From Candidatus Hodarchaeota archaeon (GTDB lineage Archaea; Asgardarchaeota; Heimdallarchaeia; Hodarchaeales; Hodarchaeaceae): DNA of 61,316 bases. This document shows, in pieces, positions 36,401-45,200 of the stretch. The DNA lies in contig JAEOTQ010000030.1 in NCBI GenBank assembly GCA_016839785.1, positions 1 to 61,316 on the forward strand, read 5' to 3'. The translations under genes were made by a program, and so were the position numbers. Under the pieces are notes generated by a model, which saw nothing but the letters and a program-made list of their open reading frames with translations, was not told where the DNA came from and made no database searches. The first letter of the stretch is position 1. Every line of letters begins with the position of its first letter.

Positions 36401-37835
36401 AATTCCAGACGAAACTCCTCCAATCTGTAATGATTTTGGTTACTCTGAAACCTTAATTAATCATTCTTTTTCTCGTCTCGATTTCTGGGTAAATTCAATT
36501 GATCTATTTGGCTCAATAAGTGGGGTTGACATTACTTTTTATTCTTTTAATGGTACAGGATTGACATCAACGACTGGAAAAATGACTGGTAATGGGCCCG
36601 ACTATTCTTATTCAATCCTGTTACCTTGTAATCATTCCTTCAATTATTCTATTCAGATTTATGATGGTGAACCAAATATTATCCAAGTTGGTAATACAAG
36701 TGTAAGAACATACTGGGGTCCAGTAATCATAGATGCAAACGTTATACAAATGACGGATGACACGGTGATAATCTGGGCAGATATATCAGACTGGGGATCA
36801 GGGGTAGGAGAAGTTGTTCTAGAATATGAATTTACACACATAGGAGGACAAGCTGCTCATGTGCAAGTTGAGACGGTTCCCATGGAGTTTAATGGAAGTT
36901 TATATTTGGCTAGTCTGACTTTTTCAGAGAGCGGTTCGTTAACATGGACTATTATTGCCAAAGATGATTCAAATACACTAATTGCTACTAGCCTGGCTAC
37001 ACAACCATTTATTATAAATATTCTTGGAGATAGTGTTGTTTGGGACGACATAGTACCTATAATCCTTGCAATCAGTGCCATTCCTTTAATTCTAGTGTTT
37101 GTAGTAGCTCGTGTTCGTAGAAGACGTCATAAAATTGCTTCTGTTAAAAAACAAAAAGAAAAAGATGTAACACAACGATTTACTGATGTTTTAAGTATCC
37201 GATCTATTATATGCCGGAATAACTTTGGAATGCCCTTTTATACTGAAAATTTTTTAGCAGAATCGCAAGATTTAGATTTAACAGCTGGATTAACATCAGC
37301 TGTATCTAGTTTAGTAACAGAAGTTTCGCAAAGAGCAATGAAGAAAGGAGAGTTCAATCTCTTAGAGAGAGAAGGATTTAGCATCTTGTCTCATCACGGA
37401 GAGAACTCAACAATCAGTTTGGTTTCAGAGGGAAGACTGAGTAGCTTCATGAAAGGAAAAATTGCTGAACTTCATGAAGCTATTGAGTCACGTTTCAGTC
37501 AACAAGAGTTGGAGGATACATCTTTAGGAGATTATCCTGAAGAAATTCGAGGAATGGTTTATAAACATTTGAACGTAGGTTTACTTAGTAAATTAACAGT
37601 AAATTTTGCACGATTTGACGAACAGGTGAAGAAATTTACAGAAAGTGAACGAAAACAGCTAAATTTTCTTAGAGAGCTCCCACGTATGAATGACGGACAC
37701 ATCCATTTGTACGTACCCACTTTTACCTCCTCTATTACTCATCATGGGGTCTCTCTTGTGAAAGCATACGCTCTATTGGAAAAGTGTTTCCGATTACGTA
37801 TTATCTATCCAATAAGTCTTGAACCAAGAGTTTGA
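33447..37835 (+). CDS. Giant type-I membrane protein: N-glycan-rich ectodomain with ~7 degenerate Ig-like repeats, one TM helix, and a cytoplasmic longin/roadblock-like domain
   Basis: 1462 aa with a signal anchor. The repeats begin P(I/E/K)I... The TM helix is IVPIILAISAIPLILVFVVARVRRRRHK. The cytoplasmic part reads LSIRSIICRNNFGMPFYTENF...LTAGLTSAVSSLVTEV... Confidence 0.85.
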   Translation: MDKLSLTNMPKQARYMLLFLLVLFLVLTSFSLNEFTNFDDPNRESILLPTLSDQTNNMSQYYEPRNPGYSIQPFQTPNILFIVDSPSSPNVDKDVPFFDFMTIVLNYSVTYHEAKDSYSYENFDAIVISSSVGEAGTVDSLSDAPIPILTMQAGHYDEFQLGDDYSIKDTKRYWIYNSDHYVSQNLLNDSTLEVYFDNDPVGYITDYDYVPEGAEITLIAVRADKNFYYPSQATWLILDKGDNNWNLFPSPERRAFWGASWGPSLNPTGWDSWNRTLSWILYDDVPGNATLQVDVTDLDNKAVYNAQVTLMGSRNQSRIWIQNTTSSGISTFTNIPYGIYNITVEYEDTINNDLQFIEIAGERTYSIETFLQYFVQVNEYSDNDVPLITNIQFHASNDTFTADIYDESTLINVNLSLTARYSSNDTIVRNSVYNMVSIDGIHYYNDTALQGLPDSGINIVYNVSAIDIASNTEVSDNQGFTLGEFNAPIIHYYNVTDNEDGSLVFYANITDEESLVQEVVLRINNTYENMYLNSSGLWIFETFAYYGVLLNYSIHSAIDSVGNENNDTFSPKFGLVTPQDSFSPIIYDLSYNLSAHEEGFVVFKARVEELNDEFQSGVNTSSVSIMISINNGSWVNFTLPMYAIGEITYEFEYTFDFNDTVFYQIIAADLAGNINWGYEHNTTVDDNSIPQIVFNAKEFGNGIVEFNSTVIDWPNNSTSAILYYTQNYFGSWSNISMTIIDQNLFIQQVPNFDFRLQDVWYYATAIDSALNVYEPTPDQYQKITLSDLVAPEVFVVIENSTIVDGKISITTWANDLYGDVWDINNTFYINFTEQGSTTQYEMNYDSFYFHTFEQTFNFGDVITIEVWTTDSEGNIGVKSRTIIIGDFSAPKILETGIDEYQNGTVTFWAEVIEYSTGSGLPTDHSSISLEYVFVSMFKESLSWNGTGNIYSYTVSGFIPGNAFNYRISAYDNNNNTVITLWNMETIPDETPPICNDFGYSETLINHSFSRLDFWVNSIDLFGSISGVDITFYSFNGTGLTSTTGKMTGNGPDYSYSILLPCNHSFNYSIQIYDGEPNIIQVGNTSVRTYWGPVIIDANVIQMTDDTVIIWADISDWGSGVGEVVLEYEFTHIGGQAAHVQVETVPMEFNGSLYLASLTFSESGSLTWTIIAKDDSNTLIATSLATQPFIINILGDSVVWDDIVPIILAISAIPLILVFVVARVRRRRHKIASVKKQKEKDVTQRFTDVLSIRSIICRNNFGMPFYTENFLAESQDLDLTAGLTSAVSSLVTEVSQRAMKKGEFNLLEREGFSILSHHGENSTISLVSEGRLSSFMKGKIAELHEAIESRFSQQELEDTSLGDYPEEIRGMVYKHLNVGLLSKLTVNFARFDEQVKKFTESERKQLNFLRELPRMNDGHIHLYVPTFTSSITHHGVSLVKAYALLEKCFRLRIIYPISLEPRV

Positions 37836-37890
37836 GGTATGAGAAGGATAAAATTACCTAAGATTCATGATAGAAACACAAGTTATTGTT

Positions 37891-38163
37891 TCAACGCCAT
37901 CGTTTGAGAGTTGGGAGGAGAAATTCGAGATAATTTCTTGCTTCTTCCATTGTCATACCACGAGATTTTGAAGTTGATGGAACAGTCTGTTCAATCATTT
38001 CCTTAAGAGTAATCTCAGGTTCAGTAAATTTCCCACTTTCATAACAATCACCACAATAATCGTTACTTAACGTCCCGTCTACCTCTGTACCTTTATCCTT
38101 ATGATTTTTAAGGGAAAACGCGCAACTTTGACATAGTGGTTCTGTAGGTTTTTTAAAACTCAT
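37891..38163 (-). CDS. Putative zinc-ribbon domain protein (Zn_ribbon_2-like)
   Basis: CQSCAFSL...GTEVDGTLSNDYCGDCYESGKFTEPEITLKEMI is present. Confidence 0.7.
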   Translation of the reverse strand: MSFKKPTEPLCQSCAFSLKNHKDKGTEVDGTLSNDYCGDCYESGKFTEPEITLKEMIEQTVPSTSKSRGMTMEEARNYLEFLLPTLKRWR

Positions 38164-38295
38164 TTTCGATCTCTCTCAACTCTACATGTTGAAGATTTAA
38201 AGGTAATTATCTTGGTAATAGTCCTATAATATTTTCTAGTCAAGTTTCGAGAACTTTCACAGCGTTCAAAGTAATTTGCATCTTTATCTACAATT

Positions 38296-38754
38296 TTATC
38301 CCATTTTATAGCGCAAATACAGAGTTTGTAATCTCAAAGCTTGACCTATATGAGTAATTGAATGCATCACATTAAGGGCGATCCAATCGAGTAGTACTAT
38401 GTTGGAAGCGGGGTTTAACGGATTGATAACCTTTTGTTTTAATTCCTCATTAGTAAATTTTTGCTCAATTTCCTTGAGAATTAGAAGAGTTCTTTTATAT
38501 AAATCAATATACTGTTCTAAGACTGACAACTTCTGATCGAATTCAATTATATGCCTTGATTCTTCGAAGTCTGGATTTAGAAGTTTGGAACAATATTTGT
38601 AAAGGGTTTTTACTCCATGTAAGTAAACATCAGCAGCGGATTGTTCCCCCTCGAATAAGGAATTTTCAAATGATTCTTGGAAAGCTTGTCTACGATTATG
38701 AAATACGTTCGCAATATATGAGAATTGTCTTTCTACAACTAAGAGGATATCCAT
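38296..38754 (-). CDS. DinB-superfamily-like four-helix-bundle protein
   Basis: The length and the C-terminal H-x3-H-x-GQ-like element (MHSITHIGQALRL) fit. This is a weak call. Confidence 0.4.
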   Translation of the reverse strand: MDILLVVERQFSYIANVFHNRRQAFQESFENSLFEGEQSAADVYLHGVKTLYKYCSKLLNPDFEESRHIIEFDQKLSVLEQYIDLYKRTLLILKEIEQKFTNEELKQKVINPLNPASNIVLLDWIALNVMHSITHIGQALRLQTLYLRYKMG

Positions 38755-38772
38755 CTATTAACCTTCTATGTT

Positions 38773-39471
38773 CTAATTAACGATCTTTACAAGTAAGCTA
38801 TGCAAAGCGGTCATATTTTTGCAATGATTTGTACACTCGTTTATAATTTCTGGTTTAGTGAATTTCACCGGTTCAATAGGGGGAGAAACAGCATATAGCC
38901 CGTTGTACAAGAGTAAATTGGCACGTGAATGTGATTTATCAAATCCATGTGGAATTCGCTTATAATGCTCCCCACCCACTTTGTATTTCTGCTTTTGGAG
39001 AGAAGTGATGATTTGTTCAATTTCAATACCCAGATCTGACACTACTGCTTCTCTGTATCTTTCTAATGTGGGTTTATCAAAACGGTGTAAACCTCCATAG
39101 ATATTTCCTCCAGAGGCATCAAATCCGATAAAAAAACCAGGATGTTTCATCTTTTTCCCTGTACCTTCCCAGAATAGAGTACGAAGCCTAGTATTATAAG
39201 GAGTCTTGTCTTTTTTGAATCGAATATCTCTATAGATTCGCATTATAGAGCCAGATCCATTTAAGCTGAGATCATACTTGATATCCTCTGAAATATGTTT
39301 TTGGAGACTTTCCCCGAGTGAAACAACAAAAGACTTCGCTGGTTCAATGATATAGTCGTGATATTCTTGTTTATGATTGTTAAACCATTCTCTGTTATTG
39401 TTGAGCTTTAAATTGATTAGAAAATCTATGGTTTCTTGGGGAAATCCAGGAAATTTATTCAGATCTTTCAT
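38773..39471 (-). CDS. DUF2461 / TIGR02453-family protein
   Basis: FPGFPQETIDFLINLKLNNNREWFNNHKQEY...IYRDIRFKKDKTPY is present. Confidence 0.8.
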   Translation of the reverse strand: MKDLNKFPGFPQETIDFLINLKLNNNREWFNNHKQEYHDYIIEPAKSFVVSLGESLQKHISEDIKYDLSLNGSGSIMRIYRDIRFKKDKTPYNTRLRTLFWEGTGKKMKHPGFFIGFDASGGNIYGGLHRFDKPTLERYREAVVSDLGIEIEQIITSLQKQKYKVGGEHYKRIPHGFDKSHSRANLLLYNGLYAVSPPIEPVKFTKPEIINECTNHCKNMTALHSLLVKIVN

Positions 39472-39477
39472 TGCAAT

Positions 39478-39639
39478 TCAAAAATAATCGTCGATATTTT
39501 TCTTTCCATGTAGCAACTGAGGAAGACATGAGAAACATGTCCATGTACGTTGTTGTTTGTAGGATATTGCAATTAAGGGTATCTCGTTCTCAGTAACCGC
39601 ACAGACAACACAATTATTAGTTTGATATTGATTTGACAT
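39478..39639 (-). CDS. Possible small zinc-ribbon protein (53 aa; below the ORF-track cutoff)
   Basis: My own translation is MSNQYQTNNCVVCAVTENEIPLIAISYKQQRTWTCFSCLPQLLHGKKNIDDYF-stop. It lies between two same-strand genes, and its stop is 6 nt before the next start. Confidence 0.4.
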   Translation of the reverse strand: MSNQYQTNNCVVCAVTENEIPLIAISYKQQRTWTCFSCLPQLLHGKKNIDDYF

Positions 39640-39654
39640 TTTCTTCACTCATAA

Positions 39655-40089
39655 TCAGGATTTCATTTCTTTTGGTTCGGTAAAATTTATTTGCCATCCA
39701 ATTCCAAATTTATCTTCAAATCGCGCATAAAATGCTCCCCAAAATGTTTTCTGAAGCTCCATCTTTATTTTTAGATCGAATTCTTGTACTCTTGAATATA
39801 TAGAGTCAATATTCTCTTTGGAATCAAGGTCTAGGACAATTTCTACATTTCCAGTTTGTTCCTGAGGAGGATCAGTGTTATCAGACAAATAAAAACTAGC
39901 TTCTTCTATTTTTAATTCTGCATGCATAGTAGAATTATCATAATCAAAATCCTCTGGAAAACCAAATTCTTTCCCTATTTCTTTTGAAAAAGGTTGATGT
40001 TCTATGAGTTCGGCTTCAAATAATGCTTTATAGTGCTCAATTGCTTCTTTGCCATTCGCAATTTGCAAATATGGAAGTATTTTAACCAT
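39655..40089 (-). CDS. PhnB-like VOC-family protein (3-demethylubiquinone-9 3-methyltransferase-domain family)
   Basis: ILPYLQIANGKEAIEHYKALF...TFWGAFYARFEDKFGIGWQIN is present. Confidence 0.8.
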   Translation of the reverse strand: MVKILPYLQIANGKEAIEHYKALFEAELIEHQPFSKEIGKEFGFPEDFDYDNSTMHAELKIEEASFYLSDNTDPPQEQTGNVEIVLDLDSKENIDSIYSRVQEFDLKIKMELQKTFWGAFYARFEDKFGIGWQINFTEPKEMKS

Positions 40090-40443
40090 TTTGTTTACCT
40101 CGAGACTCCTTGCTCTCTGGTGGGACGATTTTTCTCAAATCTTTAATTACTTTGAAAGTGGAGTCGGAGATATCTGTTTATAAAATCAAATGTTCTTTCA
40201 GAAATAATCCCCTCTAGATTTTACTTCAACGGATTTGAACACGAAACTCTACTCTTACATTTGAATAATGTACTAAACTTATGATAAGATGGATATAAGT
40301 AGAATAATAAAGGATATGCATCACTCATTCTTGGAATGTTCTGGAAATGTCATGAGTATCTATAATGTAATTTCCATATATAATAAAACGATCGTTCCGT
40401 GGTAATAAATGATTTATTTTTCTTTTGGATGTGAATTGCACCT

Positions 40444-41634
40444 TTGTTCAGCAAACAAAAACAGGTTGTAGAGGATATTTTATCCTTTTTTTTTAATGAT
40501 CCAAATTTCTTCTTCAGTTATCTTAGATTTCTTATGATATCGGTTGGAATCACTATTATTTTGTTCATTACTGCCAATTTAATACCCTCTGAGATATCTC
40601 AAGCTGACTTAGGTATTAATTTGTTTTTAATTCTTTCTTTAAGTTCAGATATAGGTATGATTATCTTATTCAGACTACTTTATGGTAATAGTGTCTATTA
40701 CAAAATTTCTTTCAACATAGCTATTGTAGTAGCAATATCGATTAATTGTACTCTTTTAATTTTATCCCTAGGAGGTACACTTTACTATACTTTGCCTATT
40801 TACGGCTTTGGTTCAATATTTAGCCTGTTCTTGATCATTTATACCGTTAGATCTGTAAAACAACCCCTGACCGAGATTACTGAAGATACCAAGAAGCTAG
40901 CAAAGGGAGAGCTTTATCACGAGTTGACCCCCATTCACCAATACGGAAGGGAATATGCAGAATTACAAAAGGCATATAGTACATTGATTGACTATTTAAT
41001 GAGTATCGTTTCCTCGATTAAAAAGAGTGCAGAAGATTTAGTTGAAGACTCAGAAGGCTTGGCAACGACATCTGAGGAAGTAAATGCTCTGAGTGAAGAA
41101 ATTGCAGCCACAATCCAGCAAATCAGTCGGGGGGCCTCGGTTCAGTCTGAAATGTCAATAAAAGCCATCAATGGAATTCAAAAGATGACAGAGGATTTCG
41201 ATCAAACACTGGGAGATGTTGAGACAACTCTCAAAGTCATTGACGATGTAGCAAGTCAGACGAATATACTTGCACTAAATGCAGCCATTGAAGCAGCTCG
41301 TGCGGGAGAATATGGCCGTGGGTTTGCTGTTGTAGCTGATAATGTCCGACGTCTTGCCGAAGAAACATCTTCCTATTCAGGTGATATTGCCAAGCTAAAC
41401 GAAAATCTAGTAACTAATATTGGTGGAAATGTTATTAAACTTCAGGAAATATTACAAAGGTTCGCTGCCAACTCAGAAGAGTATAGTGCATCAAGTGAAC
41501 AAGTATCTGCTGCAGCAGAAGAACAATCAGCTTCCATGCACCAAATTACTGTAACTGCAAAAGCATTAGCAGAACTCGCAGACAATCTTTCAGAGAAAAT
41601 TGCAGTTTTTAAACTAGACAAGTTAAAACAGTGA
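40444..41634 (+). CDS. Methyl-accepting chemotaxis protein (membrane, HAMP, MA domain)
   Basis: It carries the highly conserved signalling hairpin [40 protein letters not shown]. It has a TTG start. Confidence 0.85.
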   Translation: MFSKQKQVVEDILSFFFNDPNFFFSYLRFLMISVGITIILFITANLIPSEISQADLGINLFLILSLSSDIGMIILFRLLYGNSVYYKISFNIAIVVAISINCTLLILSLGGTLYYTLPIYGFGSIFSLFLIIYTVRSVKQPLTEITEDTKKLAKGELYHELTPIHQYGREYAELQKAYSTLIDYLMSIVSSIKKSAEDLVEDSEGLATTSEEVNALSEEIAATIQQISRGASVQSEMSIKAINGIQKMTEDFDQTLGDVETTLKVIDDVASQTNILALNAAIEAARAGEYGRGFAVVADNVRRLAEETSSYSGDIAKLNENLVTNIGGNVIKLQEILQRFAANSEEYSASSEQVSAAAEEQSASMHQITVTAKALAELADNLSEKIAVFKLDKLKQ

Positions 41635-41709
41635 GGAACCTCATTTTTTTTGTCAAGTAAACAAGTGGCTGCTAGTGGGTTGCCTAGATTTGATAGAGTC
41701 AGATCTGTA

Positions 41710-41910
41710 TTAGCGTCTGATATTGAAATAAAAATCATCATAAAAGTTCTTTAATATGATGAAACGATCAAGTTTATCTTCGTAAAGTTGTTTTTCCGAT
41801 TTATTCTGATTTTTGGTAGATGTCCTCTCTTCTTTCGATTTTTTTTCCAACATCTGATTGTAAACTTTCAATCGATTATCCAAATTTTTCCAGAAGTCTG
41901 GATTAAACAT
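41710..41910 (-). CDS. Small charged hypothetical protein
   Basis: 66 aa. The ATG is preceded by aaggagatttatt (SD-like). Confidence 0.45.
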   Translation of the reverse strand: MFNPDFWKNLDNRLKVYNQMLEKKSKEERTSTKNQNKSEKQLYEDKLDRFIILKNFYDDFYFNIRR

Positions 41911-42207
41911 AATAAATCTCCTTTTCTCAATTCATCAGGTGATATATTTGTATACACCTTAATAAACTAGATTGAAATAATCCTCCGCAAAGCATTATTC
42001 TCTGATGAATTATCTAGAGAAAAGAAAAAGTAAAAGGGTTTTATTTCAATATAGGTGTTGAAATTAATTTCAAAATTAGATGAAAATCCTCAACAATCCG
42101 ATTAAACTATGTAAAGTTTTTTTAGGTTGAAATCACATTAGATAGGCATTCTTTTTTTTACTATAGTTAAGAAATTTATAGGATCAAATTACGGAGTTAA
42201 TAAGAGA

Positions 42208-45200
42208 TTGAACCTGCCATATCCAAATGCCGCTCTAAAAAAGGTATTTTTCCTGATGATTATACTTAGTATTAGCACTAACCATGCTACTGGAGCACTA
42301 TCAAGTAATCTTAGCACTCCTACAATTAATCCTGGGATTATTGCATATTATGATCCATCTGATTCAATTGTTCAGCAGATAGTTACAGAATTTGACAAAA
42401 TTATTCAGCCTTCTTATTCATCCATAAAGCTACAGCCAATACATTCCATTATGGAATTACTCTACCAAACAAAGAAACAAGGTTACATCAATCTATACTT
42501 TTTTCACGGTACTGAAAAAGGAATGTCTATTGCTGATGTAATTGTACCTTGGTCAGATATTTCGATCGTGATCAATGAATCTCCAGTTAATGAGCATATA
42601 ATCTTGTCTTGTTATTCAAATATTCTTGAGCCACTTTTAAAACAGACAAAAGGAGTAATGACTACTGAAGGGGAGAAAGATGCAAAAGTTCTTCTCGTTG
42701 ATGCCCTCCTGTCCGTTGTCTCAATACTTCAGGAAAGCAATAGCACTGTGAAAAGGGAGGCCGCAGAAAGAGTCCTCTCAAGTACATTTGACTTTATTCA
42801 AGCAAATATTGCAGATTTAATAGTTCGGAGTCTATTTCCGATTGAACCAATGAGTGCAACTGCAATTACTTTACCAGAGTATTCAGGTTATGCAGGGCCT
42901 GTTGGTCTGATTATAGATGCTATTTTGGGTGCATTTCAAGGACAAACATTAACTGTCGGAGGGGAATATGAAAGTAGTGTTGAAGATTCGGGGTACGGAA
43001 CGGCAGAGGGTGGTGTATCTGCTGCATTTGGACTTGAATGGAGTTTTTCTCTTTCAGTATTATCTGAGGATACAGTAGCTGGCAATGTATTCATTGCGTT
43101 TTCAACACAGCAATCAGGATTAACTGGAACACTATTAGAAGCATTGGCAGGAGTAGAAATAGCTGTGGAGGGTGAAGGAGATTTTACTTTGAGAATCATT
43201 ACCGACCCAGTTTCCCGTGTAGAAGTGATTGAATGGCATCTCAGAATTAGAATTACTTTGAGTCGAACCATTGGTTTGTATGATCTTATTGAGAAAGTCT
43301 GGCCCTCTGCGAAAAAAACTGTAGATAAACTGCCGAAAAAAATTCGAGGAAAAGTTAAGCGTGCTCTTAACCGGGTCAAAATTACACCTTATTTAGGTGG
43401 AGAGTTTGAAATCTTTTCAAATGCTGATGGAAACGATGAATATGTCATTGCAGTATTTTTTGGTGTATCAATGAATGTAGATATCCCAGTTGTTGATGTT
43501 GGGGGTGGAATAGAAGTTGAATTAGCATTTCATTTTACGAGTCAGGGTAATTTCTTTGTACTGACACTCGAATACGGATTTGAAATTGATGTCCCGTGGC
43601 CTTTCAAAGATAAGCGAAATAAATGGACCCGCTCATGGCAGATTGGACCAGAATCCTCAAATGGTAAACAGATGAATACTGATTCAGATGAGGATGGCTT
43701 GACGGACAGCTTTGAGGTTGAAATTGGGACTGATCCTAATAAATTAGACAGTGATAATGATAGCTTACCTGATGGCGTGGAATTAACAGAATATCAAACT
43801 ATTCCAACAAATCCTGATTCCGATAATGATGGGCTCCTTGATGGTGAAGAGGTGAGTTATTTTGAAGGTAAACATGTAGATCCACTTGGAGATTATGATA
43901 TAGATGGTTTTCCCCATGTTTTAGATCCAGATAGTGATAATGATGGTCTCTTAGATGGCGAAGAGGTCAAAGGACAAAATCAGTATGGATTCATCTCCAA
44001 TCCGCTTAAAATCGATACAGATGGAGATGGACTAACGGATAAGGAGGAAGTAGATGATTCGCTTGAAATTATTGTTGATGGAAGTGTACGTTCTGTGCAC
44101 TCAAATCCTATGGATTATGATAGTGATGGTGACTTTCTACACGATTTAGAAGAAGTAATGATGAATTCAGACCCAATTATGCCAGATACAGATACAGATG
44201 GCATCAACGATTTTGAAGAAGCGCGATTATTTTCATTATACTGGAATCAAACAGATACTGACGGGGATGGCCTTTCCGATGGTGAAGAAATCTTGGGTAC
44301 TCCTGTTAATCTGTATGATCATAATACTGCCTCATATCAAGATGTAATCCTCACTTCTAACCCACATTTGCCAGATTCCGATGGAGATGGTCTTTCTGAT
44401 TTTGAAGAAACATCGACTGGAAGTGAAATTGTGTGGCAAGGTACTTCATTAACAGTTTTCAGTAATCCTCGACAAATAGATACAGACGCTGATGGACTTA
44501 GTGATTACGAAGAAGTTGTTATCGGTACAGATTTACGACAAACAAAACCAGATGTGAATGATTCAGATAATGATGGTCTTAAAGATAGTGAATATTTAAT
44601 ATTTGGAACAGATCCTATAGATGATGATTCAGATAATGATACGATTTCGGATGGATTAGAAGTCCTTTATTGGCATAGTAAACCATTAAAAAATGATAGT
44701 GATGCTGATCGGTTACTCGATGGAGACGAAATTGCGAATTTTACCTTTTTTGATCCTTCTTTTAGTCCATTAAGTAATTATGACGGTGATGCAGACACAG
44801 GATTGTTGGACTTCGATTCTGACGGAGGCGGTGTAAGTGATGGAGCAGAAGTCTTGGCAAATAACGCAACTTACACCTTTAACTTAACTGATCCTGCTGA
44901 TGATAAATGGGCTGATAGTGATCATGATGGAATGCCTAATCAGTGGGAAGAAAAATATGATCTACTCCCATTTGATCCAATTGACAATACAACTGATGAC
45001 GATTATGATCTTCCTGATAGTCTATCCAACGTAGAAGAATACCAATATGGGACATCACCACGTGCTTCAGACACGGATAAGGACTTTCTGAATGATGGAG
45101 AAGAGGTTCTTTATTGGAAGAGTGATCCGTTAAAAAAAGATAGCGATGGAGATGGATTAACCGATGGTGATGAAATCCCTTACATGTTATCAATACTACC

